Positions 35,894 through 45,618 of a DNA stretch of 64,000 bases are shown piece by piece. How positions within the stretch are numbered: the first letter of the stretch is position 1; the number at the start of each line of letters is the position of its first letter. This DNA comes from Alphaproteobacteria bacterium (GTDB lineage: Bacteria > Pseudomonadota > Alphaproteobacteria > Rhodobacterales > Rhodobacteraceae), in assembly GCA_024280735.1 (NCBI GenBank), contig JAJRPO010000070.1, positions 20,759 through 84,758 on the forward strand, read 5' to 3'. The notes beneath the pieces were generated by a model. That model was not told where the DNA came from, ran no database searches, and was given only the letters and a program-made list of their open reading frames with translations. A program made the translations under genes and the position numbers.

Positions 35894-36343
35894 TTAATCT
35901 GCCGGACGGTTAATGGCCGTGCTGCCCATTACATAGTCATGCAAGCCTTGGCCGCGCTGCCCTGTCAACATCATGATTGCATTGATAATCAGGCCTATCG
36001 GGATCACATTCAGCAGGGAAAACAAGAAGGTATGCATCAATGCTTCCGAGCCGCTGAAACGTTCGCCACGGCCGTTGCGCAGTTCAATGCCAAACAGGCG
36101 CATGCCCCAGGTGCCGGATCCCAAGGAGATGGTAAGGGCACGATACAAAAAGCCGACAACAGCCCAGATTGCAAAGTAAAAGAAGAACAATATGCCGAGT
36201 GACATCAAGGAGACCAAAAAGGTCAGTGCCGTAATCACCACCGTATCCGCCACCCATGCCAGTAATCGCTTGGTGGGAACGCCGTCGTAAAATTGCGCAT
36301 CAAGGCGCGGGTCGGGCAGGCCGTTGTCAGTTGTGTCGTACAT
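35894..36343 (-). CDS. RDD family membrane protein
   Basis: KRLLAWVAD, TWGM and QGLHD motifs; ATG 36343 after GGAG. Confidence 0.9.
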   Translation of the reverse strand: MYDTTDNGLPDPRLDAQFYDGVPTKRLLAWVADTVVITALTFLVSLMSLGILFFFYFAIWAVVGFLYRALTISLGSGTWGMRLFGIELRNGRGERFSGSEALMHTFLFSLLNVIPIGLIINAIMMLTGQRGQGLHDYVMGSTAINRPAD

Positions 36344-36355
36344 GAATGCTCCAAT

Positions 36356-36448
36356 CAAAATGCTTCGCCCCAAATACAGGGGCGAAGCGGCAGGGCCGAT
36401 AGGGGGAAGGGGAAGGGAAGCCCTGCAAGGGGGAAAGGTCGAAACGCT
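36356..36448 (-). ncRNA. candidate 3'UTR-derived sRNA / terminator with CU-rich loop
   Basis: Minus strand: GCAGGGC-[TTCCCTTCCCCTTCCCCCTATCG]-GCCCTGC, then GCTTCGCCCC-N7-GGGGCGAAGC-ATTTT. Confidence 0.4.
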
Positions 36449-36847
36449 CTAGGCGTTCTCTTTTTCTTTTTCGTCTTCGTCAACTTGACCGGCACGATCG
36501 CTCATGAACGCATCAAATTCGGTTTTGTCTTTGGCATCGCGCAGGCGGGCCAAAAAGTCGTTAAAGGCGGTCTGCTCGTCCTCAAGCCGCGCCAATGTGT
36601 CGTCGCGGTACGCATCAAAGGCAGTATTGCCAGTAGAGTGGCGCGAACGGCGGCTACTGCGGCGGGCGGAGCGGGAGCAAAAGAATGAACCAGACATACG
36701 ATTTGTTCCAATCATGTAAAACAGAATAACAAGGCCAACAGGCCAGAAGAAGATAAAGCTGAGCACCATCGCGGCGATCCAAGCTTTCTTGCCATGGCCA
36801 TCGAGCCAAAGAACCGGAGTAGCATACCAAGCGCCGGTGGTTGTCAT
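36449..36847 (-). CDS. DUF2852 family protein
   Basis: AWIAAMVL..FWPVG, TGNTAFDAYR and AKDKTEFDAFM motifs; ATG 36847 after AAAGGA. Confidence 0.9.
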   Translation of the reverse strand: MTTTGAWYATPVLWLDGHGKKAWIAAMVLSFIFFWPVGLVILFYMIGTNRMSGSFFCSRSARRSSRRSRHSTGNTAFDAYRDDTLARLEDEQTAFNDFLARLRDAKDKTEFDAFMSDRAGQVDEDEKEKENA

Positions 36848-36878
36848 GAGTGTGATCCTTTTCAGTTTGTGTGCTTTC

Positions 36879-36941
36879 ATGTTAATGTTATTTACATTTA
36901 CATTCTGGATTATCAAGGGGTGATGTGAATCTTTTTTACAT
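36879..36941. promoter_or_regulatory. three related palindromic operators ATGT(T/G)A-N7-TTACAT, likely TetR sites
   Basis: ATGTTAATGTTATTTACAT (36879-97), ATGTTATTTACATTTACAT (36885-903), ATGTGAATCTTTTTTACAT (36923-41). Confidence 0.65.
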
Positions 36942-37006
36942 TATTTTGAATTTTGCTGATTTAACGGCTAAAAGAGAGGCTCACTCCTGTAAACTAGGAA
37001 ATTCCT

Positions 37007-37468
37007 ATGACAAAATGGCGACCAAGCTCGGAAATTCGCGTAAAAGCGTTGGGATTACACTGGCGGGATGGGCGTTTGCTGGCAGCAGAGGTTTGCAATG
37101 ACAATGGCCAAGTCAGAGGCGTGCGCCCATTAGGGGGCACCATGGAATTTGGCGAGGTCTGGCAAGAAACCCTAACGCGTGAGTTTTTGGAGGAGTTGGG
37201 CGTAGGCGTGTCCATCGTCAGCGAGGCACTGGTATTTGAGAATATTTATACCTTTGAGGGTGAAAAGGGTCATGAAATCTTTTTCATAGCCGAAGTGCTG
37301 TTCCCGAAAGATGCGTTTGAGGGGCAGGATGAGATAATTTTCTATGAAGACGATGGCACGCGCAACATAGCGCGGTGGTTCAATCTGGATGATCTGGATA
37401 CTGGCGGCCTGGCACTGTATCCAACTGGGCTGAAGGCGCTGTTGCGCCCTATTGATCCTGCGGAATAA
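37007..37468 (+). CDS. NUDIX hydrolase
   Basis: GGTMEFGE...TLTREFLEELG Nudix box. Confidence 0.9.
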   Translation: MTKWRPSSEIRVKALGLHWRDGRLLAAEVCNDNGQVRGVRPLGGTMEFGEVWQETLTREFLEELGVGVSIVSEALVFENIYTFEGEKGHEIFFIAEVLFPKDAFEGQDEIIFYEDDGTRNIARWFNLDDLDTGGLALYPTGLKALLRPIDPAE

Positions 37469-38066
37469 CCCCAAGCCCGCGCAGATAAATCCCGATGCCG
37501 CTTTCGAGCAGGTCTTCGGGGGTATAGGGCGAGTTATTCCCCACTTCGCCCCGCGCGAACAATTCTACAACGCCGTGGCTCATTGCCCAGATATGATTGG
37601 CGACCATAGTGGCAGGGGGGCGTTTGGTGGCGGGGATATGCTGGCACAGGGCCTCGGCGGCGCTGGTCAACCCGTTCATCGCCCCATTTGCAACGCTGGC
37701 AATTTCCGGGTTGCGGTTCAGGTGGATGCCGCTCTCGAACATCGCAATATAATAGCCGGGGAATTTGCGCGCGAATGCGAGGTAGGCACGGCCCACGGCC
37801 TCGAATGCGGTCAGGGCCGAGGAGTGGTTTTTGGTTTGCGCGTATTTCATCAGGTCGCCGAAAATGGCGAAGCCTTGGCGCGCCACCTCGGCGATCAGCT
37901 CCTCTCGGCCGGTGAAATGGCGGTAAGGGGCGGCGGCGGAAACCCCCGCCAATTTTGCCGCCTCTGCCATGGTGAAACCGGTTGGGCCTTTTTCCTCGAT
38001 CAACTTAATCGTGGCTTTGACCAAAGCCTCTTTCAGGTTGCCGTGGTGATAGCCCTTGCGTGCCAC
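37449..38066 (-). CDS. TetR/AcrR-family regulator (WHG-type C-terminus)
   Basis: YHHGNL, AGVSAAAPYRHF and WAMSHG motifs. Confidence 0.93.
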   Translation of the reverse strand: MARKGYHHGNLKEALVKATIKLIEEKGPTGFTMAEAAKLAGVSAAAPYRHFTGREELIAEVARQGFAIFGDLMKYAQTKNHSSALTAFEAVGRAYLAFARKFPGYYIAMFESGIHLNRNPEIASVANGAMNGLTSAAEALCQHIPATKRPPATMVANHIWAMSHGVVELFARGEVGNNSPYTPEDLLESGIGIYLRGLGVIPQDQ

Positions 38067-38069
38067 GCC

Positions 38070-38723
38070 CTAGCGGGTGGTTTCGGTCAGGCGGCGGCGC
38101 ACATATTCATCGACGCTGGAAATCATCGTATCCATGTTGTCATTCTCAAAGAAATGGCCGGAACCATTCAGAACCTCATGGGTGATGGTGATGCCTTTTT
38201 GCTCGTGCAATTTGGCGACCAGTTCTTCCGTATCAGGTGGCGGGGCCACGCGGTCGCCGGACCCGTTAATGATCAGGCCGGATGCAGGGCAGGGGGCCAA
38301 GAAGCTAAAGTCGTACATGTTGGCGGGGGGCGAGGCCGAAATGAAACCAGAGATTTCGGGCCGCCGCATCAGCAACTGCATGCCGATCCACGCACCAAAG
38401 CTGAAACCGGCAACCCAGCAATGTTTTGCATTGGGGTGGCGTGCCTGCAAATAATCAAGTGCGGCCGCCGCGTCAGACAATTCGCCAACTCCCTGATCGT
38501 ATTCGCCTTGGCTGCGGCCCACGCCGCGAAAGTTAAACCGCAATACGCTAAAGCCCATTTCAAGGAAGGCGTAATGCAGATTATACACCACCTTGTTGTT
38601 CATGGTGCCGCCAAACTGCGGATGCGGGTGCAGGATGATCGCAATCGGCGCATCTTTGTTTTTCTGCGGGTGGTAACGGCCTTCGAGGCGCCCATCAGGG
38701 CCGGGAAAAATGACTTCAGGCAT
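38070..38723 (-). CDS. alpha/beta hydrolase divergent from iscR
   Basis: HPHPQFGGTM, GFSFG and GHFF motifs. Confidence 0.92.
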   Translation of the reverse strand: MPEVIFPGPDGRLEGRYHPQKNKDAPIAIILHPHPQFGGTMNNKVVYNLHYAFLEMGFSVLRFNFRGVGRSQGEYDQGVGELSDAAAALDYLQARHPNAKHCWVAGFSFGAWIGMQLLMRRPEISGFISASPPANMYDFSFLAPCPASGLIINGSGDRVAPPPDTEELVAKLHEQKGITITHEVLNGSGHFFENDNMDTMISSVDEYVRRRLTETTR

Positions 38724-38773
38724 ATTGGTGATTGGCTCCGGTCTGAAAGGTGTCCGGGTGCGACAAGTCAGTG

Positions 38774-38792
38774 GTTGACTAATCTACTCGGA
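38774..38792 (+). promoter_or_regulatory. possible IscR (Iron-Rhodo-box-like) site
   Basis: GTTGACTAATCTACTCGGA resembles cTTGAC-N7-GTCAAg; about 100 nt upstream of iscR. Confidence 0.45.
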
Positions 38793-38896
38793 AAACCTAG
38801 AACAATTCTAAATTAGCACAGGGGGCCCGTGCTTTTGCTATACCGGAGTTAAGGTCACATGCCCCCCGCGTCAACCTTAGCAACCGGAATGGATCG

Positions 38897-39355
38897 ATGA
38901 AACTCAGCACAAAAGGCCGATATGCGATGATTGCGCTGGTTGATCTGGCGATTGAGGCCGGCGACGGGCTGGTTTCCCTCGGGGAAATCTCTGCACGGCA
39001 AGACATCTCATTGGCCTATCTGGAGCAATTATTCGTGCGTTTACGTCGTGCGGGCATTGTAGAATCGGTGCGCGGACCGGGGGGCGGCTATCGTTTATCC
39101 CGTGATTCCAGCGCCATTCGGGTCTGCGAAATCCTGCAAGCAGTGGAGGAGGGCATGGATGCCATGACCAAAGGCGGCGGTGCCAAAGGGGCTGCCAGCG
39201 GCTCACGCGCCCAGTCGGTTTCCAACCGTTTTTGGGAAGGCCTGTCAGCGCACCTCTACGTCTATCTGCACCAAGCTCGGCTAGAGGATGTCGTGGGCAA
39301 TAAAATGGCCCCCTGTCCGGCAGTTCCCGACCTGTTTCAAGTGGCGGTTGACTGA
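38897..39355 (+). CDS. iscR: Rrf2-family regulator IscR
   Basis: MKLSTKGRYA, YLEQLF and SVRGPGGGY motifs; heads the isc/suf operon. Confidence 0.88.
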   Translation: MKLSTKGRYAMIALVDLAIEAGDGLVSLGEISARQDISLAYLEQLFVRLRRAGIVESVRGPGGGYRLSRDSSAIRVCEILQAVEEGMDAMTKGGGAKGAASGSRAQSVSNRFWEGLSAHLYVYLHQARLEDVVGNKMAPCPAVPDLFQVAVD

Positions 39356-40380
39356 TGGCGGATCGCGTCTATCTAGATTGGAACGCCAGCGCACCGTTAC
39401 GCGCAGAGGCCCGCGCCGCGATGATCGCGGCGATGGATGTCGTAGGCAATCCGTCAAGTGTTCACGGTGAGGGGCGGCGTTCAAGGGCGATTGTGGAACG
39501 GGCGCGGGGGCAGATTAAAGCGGCTTTCGGGGCTGGTTCTGCGGATATTATCTTTACCTCTGGTGCAACCGAGGCGGCAGCTTTGGCGCTGGCGGGACGG
39601 GGCTTGAAATGCTCCGACGCGGAACATGACTGTGTGCATGTGTGGTGCGCGGAACGCCTGTCGGCGGATGTGCATGGCCCAACCAGCGCGGTGCAATTTG
39701 CCAATAGTGAAACCGGCGTTTTGGCTGAATTACCCGAAAATCTGGCGGTTTGTGATTTTGTGCAGGGCTTTGGCAAGCTGCCCACAGGGTTTGACTGGTC
39801 CGGCGTTGAAATGGGCCTTTTGTCAGCCCATAAACTGGGTGGCCCTAAAGGCGTCGGCGCGTTGGTGTTGAAATCCGGCACTGACTTGCAAGCCCAAATC
39901 AAAGGTGGAGGCCATGAAATGGGCCGTCGTGCGGGTACAGAAAACGTCGTTGGAATTGCGGGCTTTGGTGCCGCAGCGGAAATGGCGCAGAAAGACCTCG
40001 ATAACGGCGTTTGGGAGGCTGTAGAGGCCAGTCGTGATCTGCTGGAGCAGCGGCTGATGGACGCGGCACCAGACGCAATCATCATCGGTCAAGCAAGCAA
40101 ACGCCTGCCCAACACCACATGCATTGCCGTGCCGGGTTGGCGCGCTGAGACGCAAGTGATGCAGATGGATTTGGCGGGTTTTGCCATTTCCGCAGGCTCG
40201 GCCTGTTCCAGCGGCAAGGTCAAGAAAAGCCGGGTTTTAACGGCGATGGGTTTTGATGACATTACGGCCAGCAGCGCCATTCGGGTGTCGATTGGGCCGG
40301 ACACAACAACAGATCAATTGATGGCTTTTGCAGATGCATGGCTGTCAGAATACGCGCGTTTCAAAACGCGCGCAGCATAG
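39355..40380 (+). CDS. iscS: cysteine desulfurase (IscS/NifS-like, short)
   Basis: YLDWNA, GNPSS, SAHKLGGPKG and GSACSS motifs. Confidence 0.9.
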   Translation: MADRVYLDWNASAPLRAEARAAMIAAMDVVGNPSSVHGEGRRSRAIVERARGQIKAAFGAGSADIIFTSGATEAAALALAGRGLKCSDAEHDCVHVWCAERLSADVHGPTSAVQFANSETGVLAELPENLAVCDFVQGFGKLPTGFDWSGVEMGLLSAHKLGGPKGVGALVLKSGTDLQAQIKGGGHEMGRRAGTENVVGIAGFGAAAEMAQKDLDNGVWEAVEASRDLLEQRLMDAAPDAIIIGQASKRLPNTTCIAVPGWRAETQVMQMDLAGFAISAGSACSSGKVKKSRVLTAMGFDDITASSAIRVSIGPDTTTDQLMAFADAWLSEYARFKTRAA

Positions 40381-40413
40381 AAATAATAGCCCCTCGGGGC
40401 AAGTAAAGGCGGA

Positions 40414-41940
40414 ATGAATATGAACATGGATGTACAAGTCAAGGACGGCGTCGATCAGGAAACTGTGGATGCGGTGCAAACCGTTGGCGAGAAGTATAAA
40501 TACGGATTCGAGACCGATATTGAAACCGAATACGCCCCGATTGGCCTGAATGAGGACATTGTGCGCCACATCTCGGCCAAAAACGAGGAACCACAGTGGA
40601 TGCTGGATTGGCGCCTTGAGGCGTTTGCCCGTTGGAAAAATATGATCGAGCCGGAATGGGCCATGGTGCATTATCCCAAGATCGACTTTCAAAGCATCTA
40701 TTACTATGCACAGCCGAAATCCATGGCCGAGAAAAAACCGAAGTCTTTGGATGAGGTGGACCCTAAGGTTCTGGCAACATACAAAAAACTTGGCATTCCG
40801 CTCAAGGAACAGATGATTTTGGCCGGTGTTGAAGGCGCAGAAGATGCCCCCGCCGAGGGCCGCAAGGTCGCCGTGGATGCGGTGTTTGACAGCGTTTCCG
40901 TGGGCACAACTTTTCAGGATGAATTGAAAAAAGCAGGGGTGATTTTCTGCTCGATTACCGAGGCCATTCAGGAATGCCCTGAACTCGTTAAGAAATACCT
41001 CGGCACAGTAGTTCCCCCTTCCGATAATTTCTATGCCACGCTGAACACCGCTGTATTTTCAGCCGGATCATTCGTCTACATTCCCAAAGGCACCAAATGC
41101 CCGATGGAATTATCGACCTATTTCCGCATCAACGCGGAAAATACCGGCCAGTTTGAACGCACGCTGATTATTGCCGATGAAGGCTCCTATGTGTCCTACC
41201 TAGAGGGCTGTACCGCGCCGCAACGCGACACCAATCAACTGCACGCAGCGGTGGTTGAAATCGTCATCGAGAAAGATGCAGAGGTGAAATATTCCACCGT
41301 GCAAAACTGGTATCCGGGCGATGAAAACGGCGTTGGCGGAATTTACAACTTCGTGACCAAACGCGCCGATTGCCGTGGTGACCGCGCCAAGGTGATGTGG
41401 ACGCAGGTAGAAACCGGTTCCGCGGTGACGTGGAAATACCCCAGCTGCATTCTGCGCGGCGATGACAGCCAAGGCGAGTTCTATTCCATCGCCATCGCCA
41501 ACAACTATCAGCAAGCGGACACTGGGACCAAGATGATCCATCTGGGCAAACGCACCAAGTCGCGGATTGTGTCCAAGGGGATCTCGGCGGGCCGCGCGCA
41601 GAACACCTATCGTGGGCTGGTGTCGATGCACCCGAAAGCCAAGAATTCGCGCAATTATACCCAGTGTGATTCACTGCTGATCGGCGACAAATGCGGTGCG
41701 CATACGGTGCCTTATATCGAAGTGAAGAACAACTCGTCGCGCGTTGAGCATGAGGCCACCACCTCCAAGGTGGATGATGAGCAAATGTTCTATTGCCGCC
41801 AACGGGGCATGGGCGAGGAAGAGGCCGTGGCCCTGATCGTCAACGGTTTCGCCAAAGAAGTGCTGCAAGCCCTACCAATGGAATTCGCCATGGAAGCACA
41901 GGCGTTGGTGGCTATTTCGTTGGAAGGGTCGGTGGGTTAA
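40414..41940 (+). CDS. sufB: Fe-S cluster assembly protein SufB
   Basis: [22 protein letters not shown] and EHEAT motifs. Confidence 0.97.
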   Translation: MNMNMDVQVKDGVDQETVDAVQTVGEKYKYGFETDIETEYAPIGLNEDIVRHISAKNEEPQWMLDWRLEAFARWKNMIEPEWAMVHYPKIDFQSIYYYAQPKSMAEKKPKSLDEVDPKVLATYKKLGIPLKEQMILAGVEGAEDAPAEGRKVAVDAVFDSVSVGTTFQDELKKAGVIFCSITEAIQECPELVKKYLGTVVPPSDNFYATLNTAVFSAGSFVYIPKGTKCPMELSTYFRINAENTGQFERTLIIADEGSYVSYLEGCTAPQRDTNQLHAAVVEIVIEKDAEVKYSTVQNWYPGDENGVGGIYNFVTKRADCRGDRAKVMWTQVETGSAVTWKYPSCILRGDDSQGEFYSIAIANNYQQADTGTKMIHLGKRTKSRIVSKGISAGRAQNTYRGLVSMHPKAKNSRNYTQCDSLLIGDKCGAHTVPYIEVKNNSSRVEHEATTSKVDDEQMFYCRQRGMGEEEAVALIVNGFAKEVLQALPMEFAMEAQALVAISLEGSVG

Positions 41941-42238
41941 GTGAAACAGCTAGTTTTGGGATTGTGTTTTGTTGCGATGGTTTTCTCTGTCGGCGGTAGC
42001 TATGGCGAAATTCGCCAGCAAACTGGTTGGGGGCCTGCAATTCCAATGCCATTCCTGAACTATGAGGTTACTCAGGCAACTTGGGGCTTACAATTGAAGG
42101 ATTCTGGCTGTGGTCAACTCCTGTCTTGTTTTCATTGAAGTGATGGCAATGAACAAACTCTTTTCCAAAGCTGAAACCCAAAAGCAAATCAACCAAATGC
42201 ACGCCGATAATTCTCGCATTCCGAAAGTATCAAAATGA
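41941..42238 (+). pseudogene. possibly frameshifted small membrane protein (65-aa ORF plus an out-of-frame tail)
   Basis: GTG abuts the sufB TAA; a second frame (ILAVVNSCLVFIEVMAMNKLF...KVSK*) ends with an ATGA overlap on the FkbM start. Confidence 0.35.
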
Positions 42239-43044
42239 CCCCTCTCGTAACCCGCATCCTCAAACGTCTGCGCCTTGGTCGCCCGGTTGAAAGCCCGCAA
42301 GTGACGCTGGTTCACGCACAGGTCATGGACAAGGACGTGACCTTTTGTGTGAACATGGAAAACGATCCGATCCAGCGCAATCACCGCCGTGGCGGGTTTT
42401 ATGAGATGCATGAGCTGCGCGAGATTGCAGAAATTTTCCCCAAGGGCGGCACGTTTGTCGACATCGGGGCCAATGTGGGCAACCACTCGCTGTTTGCGGC
42501 GCTGTTCTTTGGTGCGGGTAAGGTGATCCCGTTTGAACCGAACCGGTTGGCGTTTCAGTTGCTGATTGAAAACGTGCTGGTCAACGGGTTGCGCGACAAG
42601 TTTGACCTGTCCAAGCTGGGCGTCGGCGTGTCGGACGCGCAACAAGACGGTTTTGCCATGGAAAAACGCAACCGCAACCTTGGGGCTGCCAAAATGCTGG
42701 CGGGCAAGGGGAAGCTGAGCGTTTACTCTGGCGACGAGTTGCTGGAAGGCATCAAACCCGCGATGATCAAGATCGATGTTGAGGGCATGGAATTGCAAGT
42801 GCTCAACGGCTTGAAAAAGGTAATCAAAGCCGCGCGTCCGATCATGTTGGTCGAGGTGGATAACACCAATGAGGAGGCGTTTCTGGCTTGGGCCAAGACG
42901 CAGAAATATGCGGTGCTGAAAACCTACCAACGCTATCGTTTGAACAAGAACCATCTGCTGGTGGATGCAAAAGACCTGAAAAAATATGCTGGATTTGGTG
43001 AGAAAACCACCAGCCCCGAGAAACAAAAAGAACTGGCCACCTAG
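42235..43044 (+). CDS. FkbM-family SAM methyltransferase
   Basis: VDIGANVGNH, FEPN and IKIDVEGME motifs. Confidence 0.92.
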   Translation: MTPLVTRILKRLRLGRPVESPQVTLVHAQVMDKDVTFCVNMENDPIQRNHRRGGFYEMHELREIAEIFPKGGTFVDIGANVGNHSLFAALFFGAGKVIPFEPNRLAFQLLIENVLVNGLRDKFDLSKLGVGVSDAQQDGFAMEKRNRNLGAAKMLAGKGKLSVYSGDELLEGIKPAMIKIDVEGMELQVLNGLKKVIKAARPIMLVEVDNTNEEAFLAWAKTQKYAVLKTYQRYRLNKNHLLVDAKDLKKYAGFGEKTTSPEKQKELAT

Positions 43045-43069
43045 AACGGGGCCGCTGAAAGGTACGACC

Positions 43070-43825
43070 ATGCTGTCAATTAAAAATCTCCAAGTTGGCT
43101 TGGAAGAAGAAGATAAACAAATCCTTAAGGGTGTTGATCTGGAGATCGGCGCAGGCGAGGTTCATGCGATTATGGGGCCGAACGGTTCCGGTAAATCCAC
43201 CATGTCCTACGTGTTGTCGGGCAAATCCGGTTATGTGGTTACGGACGGCAGCGCCACCCTGAACGGCGAAGACCTGCTGGATATGGAACCCGAAGAACGC
43301 GCCGCTGCCGGCCTGTTTCTGGCCTTTCAATACCCTGTTGAAATCCCCGGTGTCGGCAATATGACGTTTCTGCGTACCGCGGTGAATGCGCAACGCAAAG
43401 CGCGCGGCGAAGATGAATTGACCGCTGGCGAGTTCCTGAAAGAAGTCCGCGCCAAGGCCAAAAGCCTGAAAATTGATGCGGATATGTTGAAGCGCCCCGT
43501 CAACGTCGGCTTTTCCGGCGGCGAGAAAAAGCGCAATGAAATCTTGCAGATGGCCATGCTGTCACCAAAAATGTGCATTTTGGATGAGACTGACTCCGGC
43601 CTCGATGTGGATGCGATGAAATTGGTGGCTGAGGGGGTGAATGCCCTGCGTTCCGAGGGGCGTTCTTTCCTTGTGATTACCCACTATCAACGTTTGCTGG
43701 ACCACATCAAACCGGACGTGGTGCACATTATGGCAAATGGCCGGATCATCAAATCAGGCGGCCCAGAGCTGGCGCTTGAGGTGGAAAACAACGGTTACGC
43801 CGATCTGTTGGCAGAGGTGGCCTAA
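43070..43825 (+). CDS. sufC: Fe-S assembly ATPase SufC
   Basis: GPNGSGKS, FQYPVEIPGV, FSGGEKKR and DETDSGLD motifs. Confidence 0.97.
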   Translation: MLSIKNLQVGLEEEDKQILKGVDLEIGAGEVHAIMGPNGSGKSTMSYVLSGKSGYVVTDGSATLNGEDLLDMEPEERAAAGLFLAFQYPVEIPGVGNMTFLRTAVNAQRKARGEDELTAGEFLKEVRAKAKSLKIDADMLKRPVNVGFSGGEKKRNEILQMAMLSPKMCILDETDSGLDVDAMKLVAEGVNALRSEGRSFLVITHYQRLLDHIKPDVVHIMANGRIIKSGGPELALEVENNGYADLLAEVA

Positions 43826-45111
43826 TGGCAAATGTGCAGGAAAAATACGACGTGGCAGAGGCGTTGATTGGCGCGTCCACCCCGTCTGGTGGGGCCATTT
43901 GGGCGGTTGCTGCGCGCGAAACTGCGCTGGCAAATCTGCGCCAAATGGGCGCGCCCCATCGACGTGATGAATATTGGAAATACACTAATCCGACCAGCTT
44001 AACTGCGGTTGATCCACTGGCGGCAGACCTTTTCCACACCACCGAAGTACGTCCGTTTGAAATGCTGGACCGGATCAAGCTGGTGTTTGTGGACGGTATC
44101 TTTGACGCGGCACAATCGGATGACCTGTCGGTTGATGGCGTCGAGATTGAGTTGTTAAGTGATGCCATGGCCAAAGATATTCATTGGGCATCAAGCCTTT
44201 ACGGTGTGCTAGAGGCGCGGGGCCAATCCCCTGTTGCGCGTCCGCTGGCGGCCCTGAACACGGTGCAAGCGGTACAAGGTTTTGCCATTCGGGTGACGGG
44301 CAAGGCGGCCAAAGCCATTTCCATGGTTTATCTGCGCGGCTCAGAAACCGGCGATGCGATGGTGCATCATGTGATTAAACTGGAGCAGGGCGCAGACCTG
44401 ACGTTGACGGAAAACGGGCCGCTGGCAGCGCGTGCAAACACCGTGATGGAGGTTGAGGTCGCGGACAATGCCGCCTTCCACCATGTGCGTTCGCAGGGTC
44501 GCGATCACCAACGCCGTGCAGCCACCCATATTTTCACCCAATTGGGGCAAGAAAGCAGCTTTAAAAGCTTTACCTTGACGGTAAATGGCCGGCTAACCCG
44601 CAACGAGGCGGTGATCGAGTTTTTGGGCGATAACGCCCACGCCACAGTGGCCGGTGCCTGTGCGGGGGACGGTGATTTCCTTCATGACGACACGATTTTC
44701 ATCACCCACGATGCGGTTAATTGCGAGAGCCGTCAGGTGTTCAAAAAGGTCCTGCGCAACGGGGCTACGGGCATTTTTCAAGGCAAGATACTGGTCAAGG
44801 CCGGCGCGCAGAAAACCGACGGCTATCAGCTGTCAAAGGCGCTGCTGCTGGATGACGACAGCAACTTTATGGCCAAGCCGGAGCTGGAAATCTATGCCGA
44901 TGATGTGGCCTGTTCACACGGCTCTACCTGTGGTGAAATTGACGACGATGCGATGTTCTATCTGACATCGCGCGGCATTCCGTTCAAGATTGCCCAGGAT
45001 ATGCTGACTTTGGCCTTTCTGCACGAAGCCTTGGAGGAAATCGAAAATCCGGTAATCGCTGAGGACATGGGCGCGCGCCTGTCCGATTGGATGGAGCGTC
45101 GGACAGGCTAA
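43825..45111 (+). CDS. sufD: Fe-S assembly protein SufD
   Basis: EYWKYT and KPELEIYADDVACSHG motifs. Confidence 0.96.
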   Translation: MANVQEKYDVAEALIGASTPSGGAIWAVAARETALANLRQMGAPHRRDEYWKYTNPTSLTAVDPLAADLFHTTEVRPFEMLDRIKLVFVDGIFDAAQSDDLSVDGVEIELLSDAMAKDIHWASSLYGVLEARGQSPVARPLAALNTVQAVQGFAIRVTGKAAKAISMVYLRGSETGDAMVHHVIKLEQGADLTLTENGPLAARANTVMEVEVADNAAFHHVRSQGRDHQRRAATHIFTQLGQESSFKSFTLTVNGRLTRNEAVIEFLGDNAHATVAGACAGDGDFLHDDTIFITHDAVNCESRQVFKKVLRNGATGIFQGKILVKAGAQKTDGYQLSKALLLDDDSNFMAKPELEIYADDVACSHGSTCGEIDDDAMFYLTSRGIPFKIAQDMLTLAFLHEALEEIENPVIAEDMGARLSDWMERRTG

Positions 45112-45605
45112 TGTCACTGGTTGGTGAAATCGCGCAGGCCTACCGCGCGCCCGCAGCCACAATGCGGCGGCAAATGGCGAAATCTGGCGAGGAGCGGATA
45201 TTGCTCTTTGCTTTTGTGTTCTGCTTTTTGTCCTTTATTGCGCGGCTGCCGGAACTGGCCATGCTAACCGGAACACTGGATAGCGATGTGCCTTATTCGG
45301 CGCGGGTCGGGGCGATGTTTGTCTCGACCGTTCTGATGGCCCCGCTGATGATGTACCTGATTGCCGCCTTGTCGCACCTCGCGTTGCGGCTTTTCGGCGG
45401 GCAGGCCAGCTGGCAGCAGGCGCGGCTGGCCTTGATGTGGGCCGCCCTTGTTTCAGTGCCACTGGTGCTGATTGGCGGCGCTGTAAAAGTTCTGGCCCCG
45501 CCGCCGCTGATTTGGGTTGCAACTGGGGCTACGGCCGTGGTTTTCCTGTGGCAATGGGTAATCTGCCTGCGCGTGGTGGAGTTTCCAACCACAGACGCAG
45601 GCTAA
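45111..45605 (+). CDS. Yip1-family membrane protein
   Basis: AYRAP, LFGG and ARLALMWA motifs, multi-TM; TAATG-coupled to sufD. Confidence 0.8.
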   Translation: MSLVGEIAQAYRAPAATMRRQMAKSGEERILLFAFVFCFLSFIARLPELAMLTGTLDSDVPYSARVGAMFVSTVLMAPLMMYLIAALSHLALRLFGGQASWQQARLALMWAALVSVPLVLIGGAVKVLAPPPLIWVATGATAVVFLWQWVICLRVVEFPTTDAG

Positions 45606-45618
45606 CGAGGCAGATCAG

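Noticed and set aside
37452-38816. 454-aa plus-strand ORF
   Set aside because: Antisense shadow spanning the TetR and hydrolase genes
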